In this document: piece after piece, positions 11,390 through 22,858 of the stretch | How positions within the stretch are numbered: position 1 is the first letter of the stretch | How the letters are laid out: every line of letters starts with the position of its first letter | Translations under genes and position numbers: made by a program | Assembly: GCF_000281045.1 (NCBI RefSeq) | Contig: NW_008246086.1 | Coordinates: 174,513-216,537, forward strand | DNA from: Saprolegnia diclina VS20 | Lineage: Eukaryota | DNA: 42,025 nt | Direction of reading: 5' to 3' | Notes under the pieces: generated by a model | Database searches by the model: none | Told to the model about the DNA's origin: nothing | What the model saw: the letters and a program-made list of their open reading frames with translations, nothing else

Positions 11390-12763
11390 TCAGTAGAAAA
11401 TAAAATTACTGAAAATTAGTCGGGACTTAAAGTTGTTGAACAAGAAACATGCACGGGGTACTGGCGTATGCCACGCGTCGTCGTCGTCGTCGTCTCGCGG
11501 GCGCTTGCGCGACGTGGTTGCATCGCTCTCGGTCACTGGAGCTACGTCGGACATTGTTGTGACAGCGAGGATAGCGTCCAGCTTTGCGATGTATTTCATG
11601 TTGCCGCACTGTGCGACATACGTGTCAAACTCGGTCTCGATCGTGCGGCCTGGTTGCGGCAATTTGCGGAGCTTGTAGTCGCAACAACGGTCGGACCCGT
11701 GGATGGCGCAGGTATCATAGTCGTCGTCCTCGTCGCCCTTGTCGCGACCAAAGCGGTTCTCGAGCTTATCGCACTGATACGCCACTTTGTATTCGAGTCG
11801 ATCGGCGTGGGCGAGGACCAGCTCGAGCACCTTGTCGCAAGCTTCATTCGATCGTTCGCACCGACGCGCAGCGCCGTTCTTCAAGAAGACGCGAACGCCC
11901 ATGCAGTCATTGCAGTAAATCGGGTCGAGCTCTCGGTCGTCGAGGACAAAGTCGGCCAGAATGGCGTCGAGGGGGTCGAGGCGTGCGCCTTGCATGATCA
12001 ATGTGGTCCGGCAGTGCGTTGCCGCTTGCACAATGGCATTGCGGTGGCCGTTCGCGAACTCACCGACCATCGAATCGCGGTGATAATCCTTGAAGTCATC
12101 GGCCATCAAATCGGCAACGGCGAGGGGCACCGACTCGTTGGCGTTGCAAAGTGCCACCAAAGCCAGCCATTGCGCCACAAAGCGGCTTGTCTTTTCTGGA
12201 GCGGCCACGATGGAAGCGTCGATCGTTGCGACCACGAGTTGCGCGAAGTGCAGGAGAGGCCCATCGCAGGCTTCATCTTGGCCTTGAGGATGGACAGAGT
12301 TGTGTCAAACCAAAAAGCCGAGGACAAAGTCGCGCGTCAATGGCGCCATGGGCAAACTGAGAGATCGCTAGGATACCGCCGTCGCCAAAGAGCGCCTGGA
12401 CCTTCTCAAAAGCGCCACGTCGCAGCGGCCGATGCGGTGCATGCCGCGCAAGAGATCACAGCCGGCCGACGAGTCCAAACGCTCAAGCGACTAGAGAGGC
12501 TCAAGTGCGCCGTACGTGTCGAGGGTCGTAACCAGTATATCCACGTAGGGCACTTGACGTAACGCGGACTGGATGCCGAGAGCCTCGACACGAACACGCG
12601 GGAGGTGTTCCAGTCGCCACTTGTCGTTCGCCTTCCCCGAAAGGAGCGTGTACTCGCCCTTCGGGAAGCAGAAGATGTCAACGACCGCCACGAGCGCGAG
12701 CGGGAGTCGGTGGCCAACCAAAGGCCATCGGCGTTGCATGGTGCGACGTCGCGGAGGTACCAC
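11390..12763 (-). pseudogene. Orphan gene with a disrupted 5' half (in-frame stops, apparent frameshifts) and an open 281-codon 3' part
   Basis: Coding-like reading continues through TAG at 12491 (EPL*SLERLD) and a TGA just upstream of the 11390-12235 ORF (FLV*HNSVHPQGQDEACDGPLLHFAQLVVAT). I found no convincing introns that remove these stops. Confidence 0.35.
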
Positions 12764-12799
12764 TCGATGATGAGAACATGCTCATCGACCCACGACTTG

Positions 12800-13510
12800 T
12801 CATATCACTGCGGCGTGCGGGTCAGCACTTGGTGCCACTACGTACGACCGAACTCGCACGAAAAGCGCTGTCGCAGCGGCCGGCAAGAGACGAGCAACCG
12901 AGTCCACACCGCATGTAATCCAGCGCTGGATGAGCCGGAGCATAGCCGCGTGCAGCGCCATCCAGCCGTACGCGGCCAAGCACTGCTGAATGACGAGTGC
13001 GGGGGCGCCTACATACTGCCGGCGTAACAGCTTCATCACGGACCACATCGCGCTCCTCGGAGTGGCGACGTCGCCAATAAAGAGCTCGGCGAGCGCCACG
13101 TAGTTGCACACTACCAAAGCGTGACCCAGCATCGACGCGTGCTCCATCGACATGACCGTCTCGACGTCGAAAATCGTCATCTTGCGCACCGAGATAGCAT
13201 GGAAGACGCCAATCGCGGCGCGGACAAGGTCGTGGGCGTTGGTGAGACCAAGCTTGGGCGCATTCGCATCTGCGATCGCATTCTGTAAAGGAAGTACGAC
13301 GTCGGGACCCAGGATACTGGCCAAAAAGATTTCATGCCGATCTTTTGGGTTAAAGACCAGGTTAAAGACGAGTGATTTGCATTCAATTCGCGGAGCAAGT
13401 GATGTGTTCATCGTGTATATTGTACTGTTGACCTTTGCATCCATATTCATGCTCCGAATGAACGTAAACTGGTGCCGAGATACTTTACTATGTGTCGTAC
13501 TGGCACCCAT
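12800..13510 (-). CDS. Hypothetical protein (start uncertain); may belong to the adjacent disrupted locus
   Basis: 236-codon ORF, helical/hydrophobic composition, no family recognised. Confidence 0.4.
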   Translation of the reverse strand: MGASTTHSKVSRHQFTFIRSMNMDAKVNSTIYTMNTSLAPRIECKSLVFNLVFNPKDRHEIFLASILGPDVVLPLQNAIADANAPKLGLTNAHDLVRAAIGVFHAISVRKMTIFDVETVMSMEHASMLGHALVVCNYVALAELFIGDVATPRSAMWSVMKLLRRQYVGAPALVIQQCLAAYGWMALHAAMLRLIQRWITCGVDSVARLLPAAATALFVRVRSYVVAPSADPHAAVI

Positions 13511-14225
13511 TCGGCTCCAAGAGCAAAAGACGCAAACCGCCCTCTGAGTACAAAGGTTCGAGGAGCGCAGGATTCATTACTCTAGTGCTGGCCTCGGACG
13601 AGCTCTTTGACCGTCAAAGTTGTGTAGTAGAATGCCACGATGTCGGTTCAGCAAGGCAGACTTGATTTCGGTGCAAATATTAGAGTTGAAGCACGCCATC
13701 GATTGAGATCGCCGCCTCGTTCGCAAACGACAAGCAAGCTTTTCTGCCAGATCTGTGTAATGCGTGGGAGGCAGCGAACGGGACTCTTGGAAGGTTGCGA
13801 TATCGCATGTATACGAGTTTAGGTTTACGATGAGTCGCGACGTCGACTATCGCCAATGACGCCATCGCGACTTGAAGAGCCAGGTGTTTTATGGCCCATA
13901 CGCAGTGTAGTCCTTCATGCTAGTAGCAATGTACGCTAGATTATGGTGTGTTGTGGCAGTCGTAGCACACGGCGTGAATGCTCACGATCCACGGTGCTCG
14001 TTGGATTCATGCGGTTGGCGCGTAAACCGACCTTCTCGAGGTCCGAGATCCCTACCCACTACTGCCATTCTACGCCCTTCCCACACGTTGACTGCAATGG
14101 CGCGCTGGCTGCCGCCCGCAAGACCACGTTGAAGTTGCCAAAAGGGATTGCGCAATCCCTGCCGGAAGATCGCGAATCGCTCGCGTTTCATTGGCTCCCA
14201 CTGTGTCATTCTCGCTGACGAACGC

Positions 14226-15149
14226 ATGCCTGCTGACGCAACCGAGCTTCGGCGCTTGCTGAGCCGCGACGACACGCCCGTGGTGCTCCCGTGCTGCTAC
14301 GACGGTCTCTCGGCGCGCCTCGTCGAGCGCGCGGGCTTTGAGTGCACCTTTATGACCGGCTTTGGCGTCTCGGCCGTCCACGGCTTTCCCGACACGCAGC
14401 TCATCTCGTACGAGGAGATGGTCGCCGCCGCACGCCGCATCTGCGCTTCGCTCACAGACATTCCGTGCATCGGCGACGCCGACACGGGCTACGGTAACGC
14501 GATCAACGTCAAGCGCACGGTCCGAGGCTACATCCAGGCGGGCATGGCCGGCGTCATGCTCGAAGACCAAGTCATGCCCAAGCGCTGCGGCCACACCAAA
14601 GGCAAGCAAGTCGTCTCGCGCGATGAAGCCTTCATGCGCATCCGAGCGGCGGTCGACGCACGCCGCGAGAGCGGCCGTGACATTGTGCTCGTCGCGCGCA
14701 CGGACGCGCGCGGAACGCACTCGCTGGACGAAGCCATTGCGCGCTGCATCGAGTTCCACCGGCTCGGCGCTGACGTCACGTTCCTCGAGGCACCGCAAAG
14801 CATCGCAGAAATGCAGCGCATTTGCCGCGAAGTACCGGGGTGGCGCATGGCCAACATGCTAGAGCACGGCGTGACGCCGATTGTACCGGCGGCCGAGCTT
14901 AAAACCATGGGCTTCCACCTCGTCGCGTACCCGCTCACGATCCTCGGCGCAAGCATCCAGGCCATGAGCAGCGCGCTCACGCACTTGCGCACACACGGCC
15001 ACACGCCCGTCGAGACACTGCCGACATTCAACCAGGTACGAATTAGTTGAGATGGTAGCCGAAGCCAAGTGTTGTAGATCAAAGCTGACGTGGGGTTTGA
15101 CGAGTACTACGTTGAAGAAGACAAGTACCGGGTCGAGTCCGCCTCGTAG
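14226..15149 (+). CDS. Isocitrate lyase/PEP mutase superfamily enzyme (2,3-dimethylmalate lyase / petal death protein-like); intron 15036-15077
   Basis: YDGLSARLVERAGF, IGDADTGYGNAINVKRTV, LEDQVMPKRCGH (catalytic Cys loop), VARTDAR; last exon IKADVGFDEYYVEEDKY. Confidence 0.88.
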
Positions 15150-15608
15150 ACATCCTTTGTAGTACTACGATACACTGCGATGACGACTGAGACCGAGGAT
15201 GGGATCCTCTACTAATATAATCGTTGGGCTGTATTCATTGGCGCCACTGTGCTACTAGAACTGAGAGCAACGGCAACAACAGAGACATGTGGTAACAAGG
15301 GTTAGGTTTATGGTCCATCGTAGTCGTACGTACTTAGCATTTATGGACCGAGCGACAAAATTGTACTTCAATCAGAGACCAAGTAAGGGCCTTGGAGCCT
15401 TTCCCTTGAAGGACACCTTGGGATGCAGTCGGCTTCGCCGTAGCCGCCAAACCGACTTGCCTGGATACGACCTCCGAGCATCTCAATGCTGTGCAGGAAA
15501 CTGAAGTCTCTTGGATGCGACATGTGTCTGCGTGGGGCGTCGCTGTTGACGACAAAGTATCAATCGGGTTCTGGTACGTTTCTTCTTACAGCACTGTATA
15601 TCTTGTGT

Positions 15609-18294
15609 TCACTTCTTCTTGGCCGGTGCCCGCGCACGCTTGGGCGCCGATCCCGCGGGCTCCTTGCCCTTGCGCTTGGCAGGCGCTTTGCCCGCAGCTT
15701 TGGCGGGCGCCTTCTTTTGAAACTGCGACACGTCGTCGTCATCGTCGCCATTGTCACCGTCGTCGGCCATGAGACCGTCGTCGTCGCCGAGGCCGTCGTC
15801 GTCCGCCGCGACCTTCTTGGACGACTTCTTCTTTGCCGGGTTGGCTGCGAGATTGGCCTCGACGAGCGCCTGCGACTTGTGCACACCCTTGTTGTACTTG
15901 CGCGTGAACGCGCTCTTGGCCTTTGTATCGAGCTCGGCGTACGAGTGCCGCACGACGCCCGGGAACTTGAAGTGCTCCATGGACTCGGTCAGGTCGTCCT
16001 TGCTAATCTCACACGCGTCGAGCATATCGATGACCTCGTCCATGCTCTACCACCGCCTCGTTCCTCTCTGATACATTGATACAAATGGGTCGTACCTCGT
16101 CGCCGGCGAGGAGTCGCGTCAAGAGAATCTCCTTCATGAACGGAATGTAGTCCATCCGAATCGCTATAACCCGAGGGTTCATGACCTCGCTCCCGTCCAA
16201 AAGAACAGGTACCGTTCCGGGCACCAGACGCATGGCTGCGCATGCGGATCGAGAGCTCACTGAGGAGTCGTTTGGCCTTGTTCGTCGACGAGTTCTTGCC
16301 CATCCACCTAGTTGAAGTGTGTTGGCACCGGTACAGATGAAGCAACGGTCCATACCGGGAGAACTCGGGGCGGCCAACAAAGCCTTCGGCATACGTACAC
16401 GCGCCGACGTTGAGCGCAGCTTGCTTGGTCAAGAGGTCCCAGCGCTACGGCTTTGTGAGCACCACTCGATACATATGAATCACAAGCGTACCTGCTCCTT
16501 GCGAATGTAGACGCTGACGAGGTCGCTCTCGGCAATCATGTCGGCCGCCAGCGTAATGTCATCGAGCTTCTCGTCCGACGACGTGCGCTTGCTCTGGATG
16601 CTTTGCATGTAGTTCTCTTGGACCATGAGCGGCATGAGGTCGTAGTCGACAAAGTAGGCTTCGTTCCGGGCCTCGAACGACGCGCCGCTTTTGAAGATCA
16701 TTTGCGTCGCGCTAAATGGGTTGAGCCGCAGCACCTACTCGGCTCCATCGTACCAAATCGCCACACACTAGCATTCTACCTCGTCCTTTTCCGACTGGTA
16801 AAAGTGCGTCATGACGTCATCGTACGTCATGACGGTCTTGGACCGGTTCCACATTTGCATCCAGTTGAGCAATTGTCGAATGTCGTTGCCGAAGCGCTCG
16901 GCGGCTTCTTCCAGCGCGTTGCGTTCGATGCGCATGCCCTGCGCGGCGCCGATCGCAAGCAGCCGCGTCGCGATTTGCGTCTTTGTCGGCCGACGAAACT
17001 TGAGGTCGAGCGCGTGGTTGGCGAGCGACCGGACCTTCGGCGACTGTCGGTCGTTGCAAATGCACACGATCGGCGTCTTGCTCTTCTTGATGATCGCGAT
17101 GAGCTCGGCCATGCCGCCCCGGTCGCCCGAGCTCATGCCGTCGACCTCGTCCATGACGATGAGCCGCTTCTTAAGCCCCATCTTGGTGGCCGAGCCCCCG
17201 AACGAGAGCGCCTGTGTGCCCACAATGTCGGCGAGGCCCGACTGCAGCGTCTTCTTGGAGCGTGCGTCACTTGCGTTGAGCTCGAGAATGTCCATGCCGA
17301 CCTCGGCTGCGGCCAAAGCAGCGAGTGTCGTCTTGCCAATACCGGGCGGACCTGAGAGAAGCACGGTCTTGGCGCCCATGTTCTCGGTCATCTTGGGGTT
17401 GTAAGCCACCTTCTTCGTGCCCTTGACATGGACCGCGTCAAAGTCCCGGAGCCATTGGATAAGGCGCTTGGCGAGCTCGCCGTTGCCAATGATGTCGGCC
17501 ATCGACTTGGGCTTGTGCTTGTCGGGCCAGAGCATGTCGTCGACGACGGCCGATCCCGCCTTTTGCTTGCCTTTTCCATTGGACGGAGCTGGCTTTACCG
17601 TCATGCGCTCAGCGCGCTCCGAGATCAAGTTGAAAAAGTCGTTTTGGTTGAGAATCTTGATCGACTTGGCGACCGCGTCCTTGAACTTGGAGCTCACCGA
17701 GACCGAGTCGCCCGACTCTAGGAGCTCGCCAGCGACGAGGTACTTGACGTTGCGCGTCACGGACGACGCGACCGACCCGCCGTAGCGCTTGACGACCATC
17801 TCGGCCTCGTCGCGCGGTAAGCTCGAGAGCACGCCCGAGAAGGCGAATGTGAGCCCTTCCAAGCAGCCGGGTTTGCCATCGGGCATGCGTACTTTGCCTT
17901 TCGGCAAGTTCAGCGCCTCTTCCTTGGCCGCAGCTTGCTTGGCCGTCTCCTTCTTCGCTGGCGCCTCCTTCTTGGCCGGTGCTTCCTTCTTGGCCAGCGC
18001 TACCTTCTTGACCGGCGCCTCCTTCTTTTCAGCAACAGGCTCAACGACCTTGGCCTTCTTGATGGGCTGGACTTCCTCGACGTCCGAGTCGGAGTCGAGC
18101 TCGATGACCTTGCGCGACGACTTGGCCGGCGGGGCGGGCTCGTCGTCGGCCTTGGCCTTCCGGGCGCGCGTCGGCGTGGGCTCCTTCCTGGGCATGGCCT
18201 TCTTGGGCGAGGCCTTGGTCGGGCCGGGGGACTTGGCCGCGTCGGGCTTGGGCGTGCTGCCGCCCTTTGGCGCGAAGAAGCTGCGGATGTCCAT
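15609..18294 (-). CDS. RFC1: Replication factor C subunit 1, multi-exon
   Basis: MDIRSFF N-terminus, BRCT (CLEGLTFAFSGVLSSLPRDEAE), LWPDKHKPK, Walker A GPPGIGKTT, ELNASDAR, MDEVDGMS, KSAFTRKYNK. Confidence 0.95.
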
Positions 18295-18861
18295 GATACC
18301 TCAAGCAATCTGGGACTCTGGCCACCGCAATTCTCCCGCTATTTTTCGATCCCTCTCACAACGCATCGATCATGTGGTATCGAATTCCAGAGGTCTGGCG
18401 CCAAAACCAAAATTGGTCAAGATCGCCAGCCCTAGTCATTTCACTAATCTTACATAAACCCGTAGCAGACGTCTTGGCGCCCGACTGAAGCGTTCGGCAC
18501 ATCACAAGCCTGCTGGCAAAAGCGCTTGCGGGAGGTGGTTGGTGATGATGCGCTCGAGGCAAGTAGAACACTCGAGTGATTTGGTCGTTTCCTAGCTGGC
18601 TCCATCAAGGTGTACACCGCGGATAGACCTTGGCGCCATCAAGACCGCTCCGTCCAGCGTAAGCGATCTGCGGTCTCTTGGCTCGAGCGAGAAGGTCGCG
18701 TGGCGTCCGGCTGGTAGTTCTGCTTGGCTGGGAACCGAACGCTCGGACGTCGACTGCGTCGGAAGCAAGCACGAGCTGTGCATGACGCACGATCGACGGC
18801 GGGCATCGCGTTCCGTCCCCAGTGCATTAGAACTAGACGAAGGTTTCGTGTTGCATTGGTC

Positions 18862-20207
18862 TTAGCTCATGGAAGACTTTTTCGACTTCTTCTTCTTCTT
18901 CATGTCTTCGGGCTCGGGTTCGTCCTCGACGTCCTCGATCGGCCGCTTCTTCTCGTACATGGTGTAGTCGTCCGCTTCGTTGAGGTGGGTCGCGCGTGCT
19001 GCGAGCTTGGGGTAGTGCACCTGGAGTTGGTCGAGCCACTTGACCGCCATGCGCTTCCGGCCCGACCGCGTTTTGCGCCAGACTCGGTCAAAGTTGGCGT
19101 GCGAGCAGTAGTTTTGTGTCACAGCGATCGTGTCGTCCATGTTGTAGACTGCATGCCACCAGCCGCCGGGCACGTAGACCGTGTCGCCCGGGTACTGGAT
19201 GAACTCCATGTACTCGAGCTTCGGGTCCTTCGCGAGCATGCGCGGGAGCAAGTCGGCAAAGTAGTTGCCCGCTTCGTCGTCCTCGCCGGGGTACACGAGG
19301 CCCTTGGCTTTGACGAGCGTCTTGTCGACGTGCGGCGGGAAGACGACCCAGCGCTTCCGGCCGACGAGGAGCGTGTTCCAGGCGCTCGTGCCAAGCGGGT
19401 CGAGGTGCACGCATGTACCCGACCGCTTGGGCCCGACGAGGAACCAGCGGTACGGCGGCCGGCGCGACTCGCCGACGAGCGAGAAGAGGTCGTCCGGGAA
19501 GTAGCGCGGGACCTTGTAGTCGTGCAAGAGCTGCGTTGTCTCCTTCTTGTCGTCGAACGTCGAGTCGAAAATGTAGAGCGGACTGTCGTCGATCTGCGTC
19601 TTCATGTACTTGCAAAAGTACTTGAACTTCATGCGCAGCGTCTTGCCGTCGTCGTCTTCGCCGACCTTGAGGTTCGCGTGCTTGTAGTCCTTCTTGAGCT
19701 TCTACGCGCGGGTCCGAAGCGCATGAGACATATTGCAAAGGATGAGAGCATACCTTGAGATGCCAGTTGTCGCAGGCGGTCCAGCCTTCGTCTTCGGGAA
19801 TCCCTTCAATGATGAGCGGCAGCATGGGCTTTTCGTACTCGTCAATGAAGCGCTGGACACTCAGGTCCTTGCACGACTCGCGCGGAATGTCCTTGCTGCT
19901 GTCGATGGGCATATCGCAAATGTCCGAGCCGGCAAAGCCTTGGTTCGTCCACGCATCGAGTCGCATGTCTACGTGCATGCCATGAGCCCACGAAGCGAAT
20001 GCGATGGCAGGCTTCAAGCAGCCGTGTTGCGGGTGGCGTACCGGTGCGGTGCTTGCGCTTGGCGTCATCGATGATCGCCTGCACCTTGCTCGAGAGGCGC
20101 GGCGCGGGCACGGGCCGGTGGCGGTAGGTCGTGCGCCCGCTCGCCTTGGCGGCCATCGGCGTCGTGGCCGGCGACCGACGGACGTCGGACTGCGCGTTGG
20201 GCGACAT
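18862..20207 (-). CDS. JMJD6: JmjC arginine demethylase / lysyl hydroxylase JMJD6 (PSR), multi-exon
   Basis: DDSPLYIFDSTF, RRPPYRWFLVGPKRSGTCVHLDPLGTSAWN (HxD), GGWWHAV, AVTQNY, VWRKTRSGR. Confidence 0.93.
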
Positions 20208-20958
20208 CGAGCAAATTGAAGAATAAATGGCCAATCACGTATCTCTAGCGCCGGCGCCGAATCCACCAACAATTTTAACCAATCAGACAAAAGATACACT
20301 TTTCGGGCGAAGTCTCTCCCTTGGGTGTTGCAGACTGGCTTGTACCGACTGCAATCCTCGCATATTAGCACAAATTGTCCACTGCGTCATCGACACCTCT
20401 AGCACTTTTGTCTATGGCACTACGATTCCTCGCCGAGTAACGAGAAGGGTCGCTTCAACGCGGACTTGAAGTTGGCGTGGGACGCTCGCTTGACTATTGA
20501 TGACATAGTCCACTGTGACGACGGCGAGATCCGTAGTACTACAGGATAAAGGCGTCGGCAATCAATGGCTCGACGGTCGCTCCCTCGTTTGTCATGAATA
20601 CCTGAAATCTCTTGAATTGAAATCGTGAAACCACTGAGCTTTCTCGGATTTTGCGAACCAAAACGTCACATTTGGCTCGATATAAGACGTGAGACGCCAG
20701 TATTTGATCCATTGATGTAGTAAGATAATGCAGTCAGAGGTTGTACGATCATGCAGTCAGAGAGCCTGGCACGCTAAGGAGACCGTACAAGTTCGGCAAC
20801 GAGAGATTCGTGGGCAAGGTTGGCTTGCCGTGGGGCCGGATATTGCGGTTGTATCCGGATATGTACGAAAAACGAATTAAATGCAATACAAAAAGCAAGA
20901 TATAGTGTCGATTTAATTCTATTGCAAACACCAATGATCATTAGGCTCCAGATCGCGC

Positions 20959-21930
20959 ATGATGGCAACCGAGCCGAAAGCCACGAAGGACCCGATCGAC
21001 GCCGACGCCGAGGACTCGGACGATGAAGACTACAACCCAGGTAGACGCTCCTGTATGTGAGCATGGTAGCATCCAGCTGCGCTAGAGCAAGACACGGAGG
21101 CCAAGGTTGAGGACGAGCTCGATGCGAAGGAGGAGCAAGAGTAAGCCAGCACCTTTGGGCTGGATTCAACCTCATGGTTTTCGCCATAGATTCCTGCGCA
21201 AGCATGCTGCCAAGCAGCCCATGGTAAGGTATGGCCTCCAAGAGATGGCTACTGAGGTCCATGCGCAGGCCACGAACGCGAGCAAGCGCAAGGTCGACGA
21301 TCTCTGGGCTGATATGAACGCCGACACGGCGGTCTCGGCCACGTCGACGAGCAAGACAGCCAAGGTAGGCTGCCTCCATCGACATAATTATAACACAGCG
21401 CGGCTGCGTAGCTACTGCACAAGCTCGTGCAAGGCCCACCAAAGAAGAAGAAGACCACAAAGGTCCGCGAGTTTCACATGCCCATCATGGGCTGCTCGGG
21501 CAAGTCGCGCGGGGGCGCACCGCTCAAGCAAGATGCAACCGTGACCCAAGTGCTCAAGTTTGCCGGTCAAGAGTACACGTACGCATGCCTCTTGTAGAGC
21601 CAAGTGCAGCATACGGGTGGTAGGGTCAAAAAGTCGGCGGCGGACAAGAAGACGGGTCTGGACGCCATCGTCGACGCGCTCCAGCAGCCCAAGAAGGTGT
21701 CGACGATCGAAAAGTCGTCGATGGATTGGGACTCGTTCAAGGAGAAGGAAGGGATCGTCGACGAGCTCGAGCAGTACACCAAGGACGGGTACGACGACTA
21801 CACTTCATCATCTTGGTCTAACGCAGATGTTAGGTACTTGGAGAAGAAGGACTTCTTACACCGCGTCGACTTGCGCAAGTTTGAGCTCGAAAAGGCCGAG
21901 CGTGAAAAGGTGCGCCGCGCCAACAACTAA
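20959..21930 (+). CDS. CFDP1: Craniofacial development protein 1 / Swc5 (BCNT-C domain), multi-exon
   Basis: Acidic DSDDEDYNP N-terminus, KRKVDDLWADM, and BCNT-C motif KKVSTIEKSSMDWDSFKEKEGIVDELEQYTKDG/YLEKKDFLHRVD. Confidence 0.88.
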
Positions 21931-21976
21931 GAAGTGCACGACTACGGCGTTGAAATATATATAAAACCCTCGATCT

Positions 21977-22794
21977 CTAACGGGTGCGTGGCACCGCGAT
22001 CGGCGCGCTGGCCTTGCTCAACGCTCCTCGCGTTGCCCGGAGACGAAAGACGTAGCTCTTGCCAGGCTCCAAGCCGCCGACAGCACATGTGATGGTCGCG
22101 TCGCTGCGGGCCACCGCGACGTCAGCGCAGACCCGCCAGACGCGGACGGGCCAGTCGCGCGACACATACAGTCGATGGTTGGCGCTGGCCGGTGGCCGCG
22201 GCCACGAGACCAGCACTTGTCGCGTCTCGGGCGTCCAGCGCGCCTGTGGCGGTGCCCACGTGGCGGGGCGAAACCACTCGAGGCGCCGCGCGCGAATCGG
22301 CGGGCCGAGGCTCGACGTCGTCTTGGCCGAGCTCCCGATGTCGTCGGAGGATGCAGTCGAGACGACGGCGCAGAGACTGTCGTCGTCGCCGCCTTCGTGT
22401 CGCTGGAGTGTAAAGTTGGGCGGCAGCTCGAGGCAGCGCGGACGCCGGCGCAGGCGGAGGACGAGCGGCCGCGACGCGACCTTGAGCGCGGCGACCGTCT
22501 CGGGGAGGCCGACGACGCGCGCGCCGTTGATGGCGAGGAGGATATCGCCACTCTAAGCATGTACGTCAGTCAGTAGCGCCCGCAGAGACGTCGTACGTCG
22601 ATGGGCGGGCCGCCGTCGAGCGCGGGCCCCGTCACGCCCTGGACACGGATCGTGCGCTGGTCCATCTCGTGCAGCTCGAGCGTGAGGCCGATCCGCGGCG
22701 CGTCGAAGCGCACCTACGCGGCGCATCGCTGGCGCGGCCGATCGCATCGCCCAAGTACCTCGTAGTCGTCGGCGTCCGAGACCCGGCGCAGCAT
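21977..22794 (-). CDS. Small PDZ + fibronectin type III domain protein (3 exons)
   Basis: Spliced reading MLRRVSDADDYE/VRFDAPRIGLTLEL...PPID/SGDILLAINGARV...LKVASRPLVLRLRR (PDZ), then VLVSWPRP...VGGLEPGKSYVFRLRA (FN3); in frame across two GT-AG introns. Confidence 0.72.
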
Positions 22795-22858
22795 GATGGC
22801 AACGAAAAAACAACGAATCTCGCCCAAGGGTTGTGGACAGCATTAGTTACACCTGAGT

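Noticed and set aside
11468..12562. Long antisense ORFs here and at 18724-19758 and 40669-41802
   Set aside because: Codon-mirrored shadows of minus-strand genes.
17940..18035. KKEAPA tandem repeats in RFC1
   Set aside because: Ordinary low-complexity linker.
20728..20762. 12-bp direct repeat ATGCAGTCAGAG between JMJD6 and CFDP1
   Set aside because: Only two copies 11 nt apart; not CRISPR-like and no other support.
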